A stretch of 64,000 bases of DNA. It comes from Podarcis cretensis (Eukaryota). The notes under the pieces were generated by a model. That model saw only the letters and a list, made by a program, of their open reading frames with translations. It did not search any database and was not told the origin of the DNA. How positions within the stretch are numbered: position 1 is the stretch's first letter; each line of letters opens with the position of its first letter. The translations under genes were made by a program, and so were the position numbers. Positions 19,096 to 31,690 of the stretch are shown here, piece after piece. The stretch lies in the NCBI GenBank assembly GCA_951804945.1, contig OX638151.1:56296001-56360000 (forward strand). Reading direction: 5' to 3'.

Positions 19096-20327
19096 CTAAA
19101 GGGGAATACTGAAGTTCATATGCTATTTCCCCTGGAAAAACTGTGCACACCTAAAGATTATAGGGTTAGATTTCTCAATTAATAGTATTTTTCCTCATAT
19201 ATGTTCCTATGCCATTTCAACAAACTCACTGACTCATAAGTACAATTCATATAGCTCTGGTATTCTGAACTTTCATCACATAAATTAGGCTCTCATTTCA
19301 TTCTGGAAATTAAAATTGACAAAAAATGGATTTCAGTCAGGAACTGTCTGGAGTAGATATGGACCTGCACTACAAAATCATACTTTGATAGGTTTCTTTC
19401 TTGCCAAAAGATTTATTCTAATGACTCTTGTCACTCAAATAATCAAATCTGCTTTAAAGACTTTTCTGTACCTATAAAACACAACTACAAACAATTGGGC
19501 CCATTCCTTTTTGCAGGATATTTCAAGGCTAGCATTGTCAGAAAAGATCAAATTGTAATTTAGATCAACATCAAGCTAGACAAAGTTTTAGTTGAAATAA
19601 ATATTTATTATGAAATCATTTAACTTCTGTTTGAAAAAGCAAGACTGAGTCATGTTTTAGTATGCAAAATTTAGTAGATTTACTTGTGTAAGTAAGCTAT
19701 GGAGCCACAGCACTAGGAAGAAAAATACCTTGCATGAAATTCAGGAAAACTGAAGTAGAAACAAGCTACTTAGCAATGCAGTCTTAGACCATAAGGCCAA
19801 ACATTTTACATTTCCTCAATGTTAAACAAAGGATCTCCAGAGAAGAGAAGAAAATCCCACTGAAAATACCTGTTCAAAAAGATTCTCAAAAAATTTAAGT
19901 GCGTTGTTTTGGAGAAACAATTGGCTTAAACCCTTTCATTGCCAATAAGAGACATAATCGGTTTGCCATTGCAATCAATAAGACTTAGGTTTACCTAATT
20001 GCAAAATGCAGCTATTCATTAGTTTCCTCTACAACTAATTAATTTATCTGAACAGTCATTATATTAAAAAATTCCCAATCTGATATCCTATCATACTATC
20101 ACAAAACTCAAGCGCAACAAGCTGAACAGAAAAGGTGTAAAAAAAAAAACAGCTGCTATGAAATACAGAAGACGGTGGATCTAACTCATAAAGCTCAGAT
20201 AAGGAAGACTAGCATTTGATAGAGGGATTGATTTGGCTTTGTATCTTTCTACAATCCCCTGTTTATTAATTCTCAGTTGTTCTGTAACCTGTCGTTATTA
20301 AGAAGGCAGAGGAATCAACAAAACTAA

Positions 20328-20416
20328 GGCTGCAATCCTAACCATGTTTACTCAGATGTACATTCCACTTAATCCAAGAGGTTTACCCCAGGGTATGTAG
20401 AGTTAGGACTGTAGGC
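20328..20416. mobile_element. Palindromic PIF/Harbinger-like MITE
   Basis: GGCTGCAATCCTAAC ... GTTAGGACTGTAGGC, flanked by TAA on both sides (Harbinger-type 3-bp TSD). Confidence 0.7.
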
Positions 20417-21740
20417 TAAGTAATATAATACTGGGTGCAAGTGTCTTCACGACATATTTATCCAGCCTATAAAACTGAGTAGCAGCCTCAGTCCTTCTAG
20501 AAATTAGATAATAGATAGATATGGACAGTAAGCCTATACATAATGGATCATTTTTTAAAGAGAAAGCAGATGTAGATCACAAAATCCAGAATCCACATAC
20601 TTAAACGGAAGTTCTAAATATTGAGAGGAAAGGGAGAGGTTAAATAAGTTATGTCCATAAAATAAGTAAAATTCTAGTACAAAAGCACATCAAATACAAG
20701 ATAAAATAGGATGTTATTTAAACTATGTTAGATACTATTTTTTCCTTCTTGAAATATTACTTTTTCTTCACATATCATAGAATTTCTCTATTTCACCAAA
20801 ACTACAGAAAAGTGTTTGTTATAAACCATTTCCTCTTTTTTATTATTTATTAAAGCAGATGTGACCAAAACCATCATATAAACTACCCAATTATCATACT
20901 ATAATATAAAAATGCAATAACTTCACATTACAGAATACCTGTTTTATTTTTAGAAGTACTGTAGATATTGCATACTGAAAACAGTTTTACACTATAATTT
21001 AAATAATTTTATCCAACTTTTTGTCCATTATATAAATTACAAAACAACATATATTCTGACTTGCAATCCCACAGAGCACAATTTCTATTACGGTCCTCTT
21101 AACACTAATCAGGACTTTATATGGCAAAAATTATCTTCTGCCAAGCCAACTGAATGTAAAGTAAGCATCATCGTGGGAGATGAACAAGGCAAATACAGGT
21201 ATCATTCTTATTTTAACTATGGTTCTAATGCTTGTTTGTTCATTGATTTATCTACACTTCTTGCCAAACCAAAATTTATAGTCTGATCTTCCCTTAAAAC
21301 AGTAATGTGGCATTCAATATCCACCGTCTTTTACACATTTTCACCTTGTTAAGATTATCTGAAATGCTCCATTTTGTAATTGAATCTAAAATAGTTCTAA
21401 GTACCAATTAAGCCCTCAGACATGCATGTGGAATATAGTTTTAACAGTATTTTGCATCAGCTGACACCCTTGCACAGGTGTCGCTGAATGTGTAATCTGG
21501 AAAAAGATACATACGCATTTAGTATTATAGGATTATTTCAAATTTGAGACGATTATCCAAACATACAGAACATATATCTAGCTTTGCATGACCATTTTTA
21601 TTTTTTGCATGTCAAATGTGAGCAAAATAAATGTATTCTCATAAAAAACACACTACACTGAAATCATGCTGTGCTCAGAAACTGTCCCTGTTTAATCTGT
21701 CAATTCTCTTAACAATTATATAGGAACATCTGATGATGAG

Positions 21741-21854
21741 TCAGAAAAAGTGGACTCAAGTCCACTAAAGCTTATGTCACAGCAGCCTTTTAAAGTGCCA
21801 TTAAAACGCATTGTTGTTTTTGCTGCAACTGACTATCAGCTACTGCTTTGGAAG
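21741..21854 (+). mobile_element. Penelope-like element terminal fragment with degenerate hammerhead motif
   Basis: CAGAAAAA-GTGGAC-TCAA-GTCCAC-TAAAGCTTATG followed by TTTAAAGTGCCA...TGTTGTTTTTGCTGCAACTGACTA, resembling sauropsid Penelope ends as I recall them. Confidence 0.6.
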
Positions 21855-24800
21855 TTTTAAGCGTGAAGAGTATTTCAATTTAGAAATATTTTTTCTAGTA
21901 TTGCAATGGGCCCCAAGTTAAGCTGCAACATAGTTACCTGGGGATGTTAACATAATGTCATGTTTTACAGTGCTTGGTATAACATGTCTCCATGTATTCC
22001 CCCATCTAAACTTCTTATCTGCAGGCAAACAAGCAGCAGTTTAGCCCATATGTATAAATCATCTTTAATTTGTGGTTTCAGTAATAGGAATGGTTTGTGG
22101 CAGCACTTAAGAGACTTAAATTCAGAATATATATTTATATTTGAACCTGGCTCTAAATTTGTATACAGGTCCTTTACAGATAATTCAACCAGAAATGCAT
22201 TATATAAATACATGCATATTTCTTTTTAAAGTGCCTCATTTTCACAAACAAGCATTACTTTTGTAATTACTCATATCTACATTGATACTCCTCATACGTT
22301 TCATCTTGAAGGCGGCTGTACAGCCCTGAAAGGTGGCTTACAAAACCTAAATAAATTAAGTAAGCATTCCTATCTGAGCGGTGGGCAACACATGACAACG
22401 GCCTACTCAATGGAACCCAAATTAATGCTACCCCAATTTTAAAAACAAATTTTAAAGCCACTGAGGCATGTTGGCAAAGTAAACCTGAATTAATTCAAAT
22501 ACCACCCTAATCATAAAAAAGCATTTTGGAGCTATGTAAATAGCCCCAAAATTGAAAAATTCATATTTATCATATGACATTATAATCACAATACTGAAAT
22601 TTATTCCAATGGGTTAGCCTACCACAGCTAAACACTGCTGGGATCTGAAATTCTCAAGCCTTGAGCAGGCACAGCAAGTGAGGTACCACTGCTTTACATA
22701 TCCACAGAGAATCTTTAGTGCCTCCTAATACATGGCACATTTTAAAACAGCACTAAAATGCAAGGCAATTTTGATGCTTTAACAAGCTTGAGGGGCAGTT
22801 ATATGAACAAAAAAAACCCACATACAAGCCATACACTACACAACTTGCAGCTGATTAACATTTCAGGTCACTCGCCCTGAACTTAACATGCTTAAGCAAG
22901 CACAATGAACATGACTAAAAATATTCCAAGTGTCTAGTCACCATCATACCTAGAGATTTCACCACCACTCCCCAATTTTGTGCTCCCTCCTCCCCCCAAA
23001 AAAACCTCACTTGCTTTTTTTCAGTCATAGAATATACACACAAGGATTTGAAACAACTATCCGCGTTTAAGCTTCATACAAAATTCTAGAACACTGATCG
23101 ACCCAATCTACAAAAGTAAAGTAAGTTTTGTGCTTGGGCACAAATCTGATCCTGTATAGGCCCAGAGGTGTTTTTATCATCATATATCAATTGCCATCCG
23201 TATATATGCTATTCCTGTAAACACATTCTAAATAAATAATTGGGGTCATTAGCTGCTTGGTAGGTGGAAAAGAAGGTACCCCTCTGTACTTAGACTTGTA
23301 CTAGATGGAGAACATCCTTGGAAGCAGTACTTTACACTCCCTGTTGCTGTTGCATGAAGGTCCCAGGGCTGAGGCCTTTGTTTTAATGAAGCATTTCCGT
23401 CTAATATGCATGGGTTTACTTTATCCTGTCTAAATACATTTATTAGTTATATATTTTTCAGGATGAAAACAAACACAAGATTTAGCTTTGTCTCTAACAT
23501 TGAAGACAGTGGAAAGCCTGTTCAAAAGGAACTAATTTACCACTATTGTTACATGCAGCACTCTTGCATATAAATTCCTACGGAAAACTCAGTATTCCAT
23601 CATTTTTAGCACACTGCAGCCTGTAGTGTACACACTGATCCCCTCCGTGTTAATAATATAATTAGCAGTAACAAGAGATGCTACTAATTTCTTGGTATTG
23701 CTCTTTTACAATATATTCTAGATGGAGAATTATGGTCCCAAACCGACATCTGAAAAGGAGTAATTTTCTCCCATTAGTATACTGATAGTCTATAGACATC
23801 CAGCTGACATTTATCAGAAAGTCTCCAAATACTGGGTTCTGGTCCCACTATCCTTATTTAAGACAAAGCTCAGACAAAATAGGATGCAGCTGGCATAAAC
23901 ACGAGTTGCAGAGAGGGAAGCAGCTTCTTTAATAGATACACAGTCTCCATAGCAAGAAGAATGCATTAAAAAAATCAACTATTAAACAGATTTTTCTAAT
24001 AACTAGCCAGTATTTTGTCAAATTAGTTATTCAATGAAAAACATGGTGATAAAAGGAAACATGTACTATTGCACTTTATGTGCCTATATCTAACGTGAAT
24101 TATATCCCTGGAATGTGAGCTCTAATGAACTGAGTCATGTGACTTCTGCTGTTCATACCATACAGTCACAAAACTAGTAAATAATAAAATAATAGTTGAT
24201 GAGATTTGTGTGTCACTCCTAAATGTATTATCATAGACCTTATTTGCAGGAAGACTAATGCTGCAAAGCTGAAGCACACACTTGAACTGGACTTTATCTG
24301 TGTTCCTTCCTTTTTCTGCAATAGGAGATCCCTTTGTAGCTGGCAAGTGCTATGAAAAATAACAACCAAATTTTATTTAAATGGGTTTTTAAAACAAATG
24401 AGATAGAATACTTGGTCATGGTAGAATCTATCTCCCCACATATTAAAAACACAAGTAGACACCAATAAGTAATAACGTCATAAAGCTTTCAGGTAGTGTA
24501 TTGTATTCTATCTTCTTTTATTTTACAGGGAAGGTTAAAGTGGTTATGATTAGAATCACCAATTACCTTGTGAACATCTGTACAAATATAGCTATACATT
24601 AATATGCACACACATGTGCGTTTTTAAACAGATACAGCACACATATATTTGGCTAGGTATTAAACCCAATATACTCACATGAGATGGTAAATATTCTATT
24701 CTATACATTAAGACTATACAGAGTGTTCATCCACAGGAATACAATAGCAAAAGTGTATATTTATACTTTTAAGAATTTTATGTATAACGAAGTAACTGGT

Positions 24801-27546
24801 TTATTATTTTTTGCCTTCATTACATTGTTATTTTAAAAGAACTACCAGTTTACCTCCATTATCTTCTTAATTACATTTATCAGTTGGAAAGATGTTAAAT
24901 TGTAATAAAATGGGGGGGGGGGGAAATACTAATGATCAATGTTCATCACAAATACTATGTAAAGTATCAAAGAAAAGAATGTTGCCAGAATATGTATTAT
25001 AAATCACATCCTACATAATAGTACCAAACAGATATTTGCTACTACAAGCAGGATGTGAACAAGTTAAGTGCAAACTATGTTCATTCCAAGATTCATAAGG
25101 ACATTATGATTTTGTTCTCATTCCAATAAATAATAAATAACTGTAACACCTATTGGGGCTAAATAAGACACAACAGTAACACGCATCTACAATCCTCCTT
25201 GCTATGCCTTTTCTACCTATTAAAGCTATATGTTTTAAATAGTCTATTGTTTAAAACAAAGGAGACAAAGCAAATCTTTTAAAATTGATTATGAGATTAC
25301 ACATACACATCTTCATTACCTAATGGTTTCAACTAACCCTTTTGTCTCAGAAAATTCAAAAGAGTAAAAGATTAACTCACTAAATTCTTACTTCCCCGTA
25401 AAGGAAAAAAAAAGGAAGAGAAACAAAAACATTAGAGAAACACACTGTAGACAATAGACAAATATGTTTTCAGTCTGTTCAAGGTTCAAATTATTTTTCT
25501 CAGGTTAACCCATCAGTTACTACTGCAGTCACTGTCTACTCCAGGACATAATCATTTTAAAATGTCTTTTACTCTGAAACCAAGCTTTGAGAGTCCCCAA
25601 AGACTGTATGTGAGAATTTATTTCTTCTACCACTGTTCCTGAAAGCATATTCAAAGATTTAACAGTCCATAATAACAGCATCTTGTTAAGGATGGAAAAG
25701 GTCCCCAATAAAACTTAAATATATTGTTACTCCTTTAACATAATTCACTTCCTTAAAAATCAAAGCATAAGCTTGTATTTTATTTTTTATATCAACAGAA
25801 CTAAATGAAGCATGATGCCTGCTGTTTCTAATCAATGAAATCCAAATGCAAAACAGATTTTTAAAAAATATCTATGGTTTTCTGGATTTTTAAAAAATAA
25901 TTTTAAACAAAAAAAGTGACAACATTATATAGCCTTGGTTAATACAAGAGGTCACATATCTAAAGATATTGGAGACACAAACCTCATAACAAGTACACAA
26001 ATAAAGCTAATGCCACTAAATATATATTGCATTAAAAATAAATAATGTATAATACTATGCAGAATGAGTATGAATGTAGAATTCAGTCAAACAAATGCAG
26101 ATTACAGCATAGATTTTCCACAAGATGTTCTACTACAATTACACTTGTTTAAAAAAGCCCTAATGGTTTAAATAAAAAGCAATTGTTAAAAGATTTATCC
26201 ATGTCATCAAAATAAAGAAAATCTTCAGCGTTGATTAACAAGAAAACTACACATAAATTTAAACAGTGAAGATCCAATGATCACCTAAAACATTCTTTTT
26301 TAAAAAAAGATTGTCTTTTTAACATAACAGTCCCTTGCTTGCTGAATCCTTCTTAACCTCAACTATCAAAAGATGCCTGCCAATTATTTCAGCTTCTTCT
26401 AAGAATGCGTAACCTTGCATCTGTGAGCAAAAGTGCTCAGTTATTATTTGTGGCAAGAATTTTTGTGACTGTACTGCTCAGCAATTCTATTTACATCAGC
26501 AATGCTAAATGCCCAATGGTGAGAGAGGAGCCAATCAGATGGCAGATTAGATGTCAACTCAGAGGCAGCTGTCTGGAGACTATTACAGCCAGTTTACCTC
26601 CACAATTCAAATTCCAAACCTTGCAAAAGAGATCAAGTCACTCTTTAGGCTCAGACTGCCGAGCAAGAAACATCAAGAGTTCTGAGTTATTTCCTATGGT
26701 TTTAAAGGTGGCAAAAAGACAACTTTTTACGAACATCGTCCAGACATGATCTGATGCCTACTGAATTGGCAATTCACAGCCTATAACTGATCAGAAATAT
26801 TGTGTAGCCTCCAGAAACACTAACTGTTGATCTCTTGCAATACTCACGCCTTTTTTGTTAGATTCTCCCCCATCAACCAACGAAGCGTAAAGTTTGCCCG
26901 TAAGGGGAGAGCAAACACAGGGAATATCTAATTATAACATTCCACATATTTTTAAACTATTTTTATATTGGTTGTGAGGACATGAGAAACATGCCAAAAG
27001 AGAAAGTCATTTGAACAACCAGGATGTGAAGCTCTTTATACTACTGTGGAGCATAGATACAACATATTTAAACTGTTTTTGCTCAGTTTCAATATAAAAC
27101 TCTATCCAAGCAACACTATTTTCTAATAACCCAAACGAGAAATAGATCAAGACAGGAAAGGAAAGAGTGTGATTTTGCAAGCTCTGCTGGTTATGGCATT
27201 GGTTCCTCCCTTTCCCATTCCAAAGTGATTTTCCTCTGGGCCTTGTGTGTTCGGATTTCTAATAAGTCTAGAGTAGGAGCACTGGGTGGGGTACAGTGGG
27301 TCTTGTGTATTGTTCAACTATATAAATGAAATGGTCTGATTTTTAGGAGGAAAGTCATCCCCCCTCCCCATGATGTCTTTCTGACCTAATCAGAGTCAGA
27401 CACTGTGCATTATCCAACCCTGTGAGGGAGGGCAGCAAGGAGTTGAGATGGAGTAGGAGAAAAGTAAATTAGAAAGAAAGTAAAGACAGACACACACAGG
27501 CAACTGAAACAACACACTGCTTGCTCTTTTGGGTTCTTATTGTTAC

Positions 27547-29307
27547 CTGGCTCCTGCTGATGGTCTGTCCAGTGTTTCCAGGGCTCATAGCCGGGTGATT
27601 TCTTTGTTGTGCTGCTGCCCAGGCTGGGTTTGCACCTCCATACTGGGAACCCATGTCCTTGCCCATGCCTGCTGCTGCTGCCTGCTGGCTTCCCGGAGCG
27701 GCTGCTGCTGCTGCTACTCCCTGAGCCTGCTGCTGCTGCGATGGGGCAGCAGTGGGGTTGGCATAATCGGGGTAGCCAGTGCCATAGCTCCTCATCATGG
27801 GGCTGGGGGAAGTGAGCAGCTGGTTCAAGGTTGGGGTGGCCCCAGACGGGTGTTGGTTTTGCCCGGAGAACCTTTGGAAGCCCGCAGACCCCGACGCCTT
27901 GCCGAGGCTGCCTCCTCCTCCGCCCGGGCCCAGCATCATACCCTGCTGGTGCTGCCTGGGGGAGTTCAGCACCCCGAAGGCAGACGAGGAGCCCCCATAG
28001 CCGCCGCCGCCTCCTCCTCCTCCTCCTCCTCCCGCCGCTGCTGCTGCTGCTGCTGCAGCCGCCGCTCCTGCTCCTCCTCCAGCGTTGCTGCCGCCGCCAG
28101 GCCGGCCGTAGGCGCCCGCGTAGTGGTTGTACTGGCTGTTGGCGTAGCCTTCGTGCGAGTTGGGCAGGGGGTCCATGCTGTTGGGGGCCGCCGCGGGGTG
28201 CATTAGCCCCATCCCGGGGCTTTGTTGTCCGCCATGTTGATCAAAGCAAGGCCCAGCCCGGCTCGCTGAGGAGGCGCCTCCGCTGCTGCTGCTGCTGCCG
28301 CCGCCAGCGCTGCCGTAATAGCTATTAAACTCCGAGACACCCACCGCTGAGGGCCCGCCGCCGCCGCCGCCTCCTCCAGCGCCTCCGCCGCTGCCCGCTC
28401 CCTGAGGTGGTGGCGGCGGCTGCCCGCTCAAAGGTCCCAAGCCGGGGTGGTCGTAGCGGCTGCCGAGGTGCTGCTCGCCCATTTTGTCCGGCGGCGTCGC
28501 CGCCTCTTCGTCGCCGCCGCCGCCGCCTTTATTCGCCAAGGGCTGGGACTGTGGCCGGCTCTGGGGCTCGGCCTGTCCCCCTAAGCCGCTGTCTTTTCCT
28601 CCATGTTGCTGCTCCATGTCTGCGCTGCTGGGCTGAGCAGCGCCGCCACCGCCGCCGCCGTTGTTGTTGCTGCCGCCGCCGCAGCCGCCGTTGTTGTTAT
28701 TCTGCATCGGATGGTGCTGAGGCGGCGGCTGTTGCTGGAATTGATTTAGCTGTTGGTGTGGAAGTGCATGGTGGTGGTGGTGGTGGTGGTGAGCATGGGG
28801 GTGCTGGGCATGGAGGTGAGCTGGGTGCTGGTGCTGGGCATGGGGGTGGTGGGAAGGTGCGGCGGTGGCGGCGGCGGCAGGGTGATCGCCTCCGACGCTT
28901 TTCAACTTGTGGTTGGGGAGCAGCCCTGTCTCCATAGCCGGGGTAGAAGAAGAAGAGGAGGAGGAAGGTAAACCCGACGAGCTTCCAGCTTCTTTCAGAA
29001 CCGATTCCGAGGAAGAACCGCTGTTGTTATTACCGGTGGCGGCGGCAGAAGTTGCATTATTGGCCATGTTCAGTTCATTATGGTGGTGGAGGAGATGGTG
29101 GTCTACATTATTCAAGCCGCCGCCGCCGCTGCTGCTGCTGCTGTTAGTCCCATCTACGACCCCCAAGAGGGAGCCCGGTCCAGCAGCTCCTGCGGTGCCT
29201 GCCACGGGACCCCCAGAGTTGAGATCCTGGCTTAAGTTGCCCGGCAAACTCGGGGTTTTGCCTTTCTTGTTCGCACCCGCCGGAGCCGCTGCTACTTGCG
29301 CGGCCAT
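27547..29307 (-). CDS. ARID1B: AT-rich interactive domain-containing protein 1B (BAF250B), first coding exon (587 codons; possible in-frame ATG two codons upstream at 29313)
   Basis: Diagnostic ARID1B N-terminal peptides [77 protein letters not shown] and [15 protein letters not shown]...RSQ. The exon ends CAG|GTAACA (phase 0) where human exon 1 ends. Start context ATCATGG. The next exon is not in the window. Confidence 0.95.
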
Positions 29308-29490
29308 GATCATTGCAACATTGCAAGGAGGTGGGGGAGAGAAATCAATTAATTCCCCTCCAGCCTGGAAAAAAATGGGCAAAACAAATGGGGGTGGGGA
29401 GGGGGAAAACCCCCCAAAAGCCCCACAATTCAGGAAACGAACGATTTAACAAAAAAGCCTGCTGATCATTCCCTCCGCGCGCGCGCGCAC
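27800..29490. promoter_or_regulatory. CpG island over ARID1B exon 1
   Basis: Dense CpG and GCC/GCT/CCT triplet runs against an AT-rich, CpG-poor background; alternating (CG)n(CA)n tract at ~29476-29498. Confidence 0.8.
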
Positions 29491-29578
29491 ACACACACAA
29501 CACGATTTTTTTTTTTAATGACCGAAACTCCCCTCCCCAAGTCCTTGATGGAGATTAGAAATGGTAAGAATGCCTTAC
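29365..29578 (-). other. Predicted 214-nt 5'UTR intron of ARID1B
   Basis: Minus-strand donor ACC|GTAAGG at 29578 and acceptor CCCATTTTTTTCCAG|G at 29365, with a long pyrimidine tract and a 92-nt AG-free zone (29367-29458). Confidence 0.6.
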
Positions 29579-30010
29579 GGTCTGTGCCTGTTCCTGCTGT
29601 GTGATTTCATGTTGAAAGTTTTTTGTTCAGGTTTAAATGAAACTTTTTTCTTTTCCTCTCTAACCCGGATATGGGTAAATACACGTCTGGCTGAGCCTAT
29701 CTGGCCCAGCATGGCATGAGAGAGCGAGAGAAGGAGAGGGGGAGAGAGAGAGGGAGAGAGCTCTAACAACTATTATCCACTTCTCTCTGATTACTCCAGC
29801 GCACATGGAAAACGCGGACTGGAGTTTCCTTCCGCCTTCTGCTGCAGCTCTAGTGGCGATGGTAACATGCAAGAAAGAGGAGACGCACACTTCACAGCCT
29901 CTCTTCATCAGCCTCGAAAAACAGGGCAGCTGGCACAGAGCTTTGCAAAAAAAAAAAAAATGTGGTGGGGGACGGATGCTGCCTTCTCCTGCTTTGTATT
30001 TTCACGCTAA
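29579..30010 (-). promoter_or_regulatory. Probable ARID1B upstream leader exon and core promoter region
   Basis: Unique sequence with a CT-rich tract and residual CpGs, immediately upstream of the predicted donor. The TSS cannot be determined from sequence. Confidence 0.4.
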
Positions 30011-31229
30011 GGCGGGGGGAGTATTAAATCAAAGGTACCCCTTTGCAGCAAGGGCTGCTGTCTTCTAAAAATTAGCTCCCCTCCCCCCCAAAAAAAAACA
30101 CAATTTAATAAACTAAATTTGCCTCTGATGTAATTCTGCATGTTTGTTTGGTTTTTAAAAGTGGTCTGGATTAAAGTGTGTAATGGCCATCTACATATGA
30201 TCAAGTGCATATGATCAAACTTAGAAAGCTTTATACAGCTACCTGGGCATGCACAATATAGGGTAAATATGTGATATGAAGGCATTTCTAATTGTGCATG
30301 CAACATCAAATAGTCCTAATTGTAACTTTGCGTGCTAATTTGCATCAAAAACTAGATCCAGCCTACTTTCACATGTGGGTTTTCCTTGCTGGGTCAGGGA
30401 TAATATATTTGATGGGACACTTGTTTCAGAATAAAAGTTATTCTGATTTCTTAAAAAATAAAATCATTTTTATTAGATTTTATAATTAATGTAATTTGAC
30501 CTGAGATCACTTGACAAAGGGCGAGTTAAAATTAGATAAAGAAATATGTCAGTAAGGTAAATATTTGCTCTTAATTGTTTTTGCACAACCCTGGTAAGTG
30601 AGGCTTTGGCGGTGGGTGGGCTTGGAGGGGTTAGCAGCTTCCCCTTTCACCTCAGGTGGAAAATCAGAATGGGCCACCACTGAATGGAGCCACTATGGTA
30701 GCTTCCCAGCAGGTGAGTAACTGGAGGTTGGGGAGGAGCAAAGTGGTATGGGAAGTTGGTGCAGTGGAAACGCACCAGCCAGCTCTGCCAATACGTTTGC
30801 ACTGCAGCCATCTGCCTCTCCCTGCCAGTAAGCCACAGCAATCCATCTGGCAGGAAGCTGGCATTGCAATTCTGCTCCACCCAGCAAGCCATTGCACTGT
30901 ATTTTTCTACTGTAGACTTGTAGGTGCTGCCCCACCCCCCTTGTCAGGACTGGTGGCATTGTCAAAAACAATCTGTATAAATCTCTCTGTATAGTAAATA
31001 ATGTCAGTATTTAGTCGGAAATAAATTCACTGATACAGCAGACTGTGTCCATCTAAATATGTCCATAGTTGTTACTTACAAGTAATCCTAGGCATTTCAG
31101 AATAAGTCATTGGGCCTTGCTTCTGAGGATTGTGTTGTAAAAGTCCCCCCGCAAAGAATAACATGTTATCATGTTAGATTAAAGGCTCAAACCACCAAGT
31201 AGGACTGCCATGCAGTGTGACCTCCTTCT

Positions 31230-31690
31230 TTGTTGTTGTTTAGTCATTTAGTTGTGTCCAACTCTTTGTGACCCCATGGACCAGAGCACGCCAGGCACTC
31301 CTGTCTTCCACTGCCTCCCGCAGTTTGGTCAAACTCATGCTGGTAGCTTCGAGAACACTATCCAACCATCTCGTCCTCTGTCATCTCCTTCTCCTTGTGC
31401 CCTCCATCTTTCCCAACATCAGGGTCTTTTCCAGGGAGTCTTCTCTTCTCATGAGGTGGCCAAAGTACTGGAGCCTCAGCTTCAGGATCTGTCCTTCCAG
31501 TGAGCACTCAGGGCTGATTTCCTTAAGAATGGATACGTTTGATCTTCTTGCAGTCCATGGGACTCTCAAGAGTCTCCTCCAGCACCATAATTCAAAAGCA
31601 TCAATTCTTCGGCGATCAGCCTTCTTTATGGTCCAGCTCTCACTTCCATACATCACTACTGGGAAAACCATAGCTTTAACTATACAGACC
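31230..31690 (-). mobile_element. RTE-BovB LINE 3' fragment
   Basis: Translates to VKAMVFPVVMYGSESWTIKKADRRRIDAFELWCWRRLLRVPWTARRSNVSILKEISPECSLEGQILKLRLQYFGHLMRR, with a (CAA)n tail. Confidence 0.93.

Noticed and set aside
27547-29307. Assignment to ARID1A because of the MAAQVA start
   Set aside because: The internal peptides ([44 protein letters not shown]) match ARID1B.
27469-29382. The 637-aa ORF taken as the literal protein
   Set aside because: It starts at a non-ATG codon inside the predicted acceptor tract and reads through the GTAACA donor. The supported coding exon is 27547-29307/29313.
27529-29449. Several long plus-strand ORFs (165-225 aa) antisense to ARID1B exon 1
   Set aside because: Expected by-product of GC-rich triplet-repeat coding sequence; low-complexity translations with no independent support.
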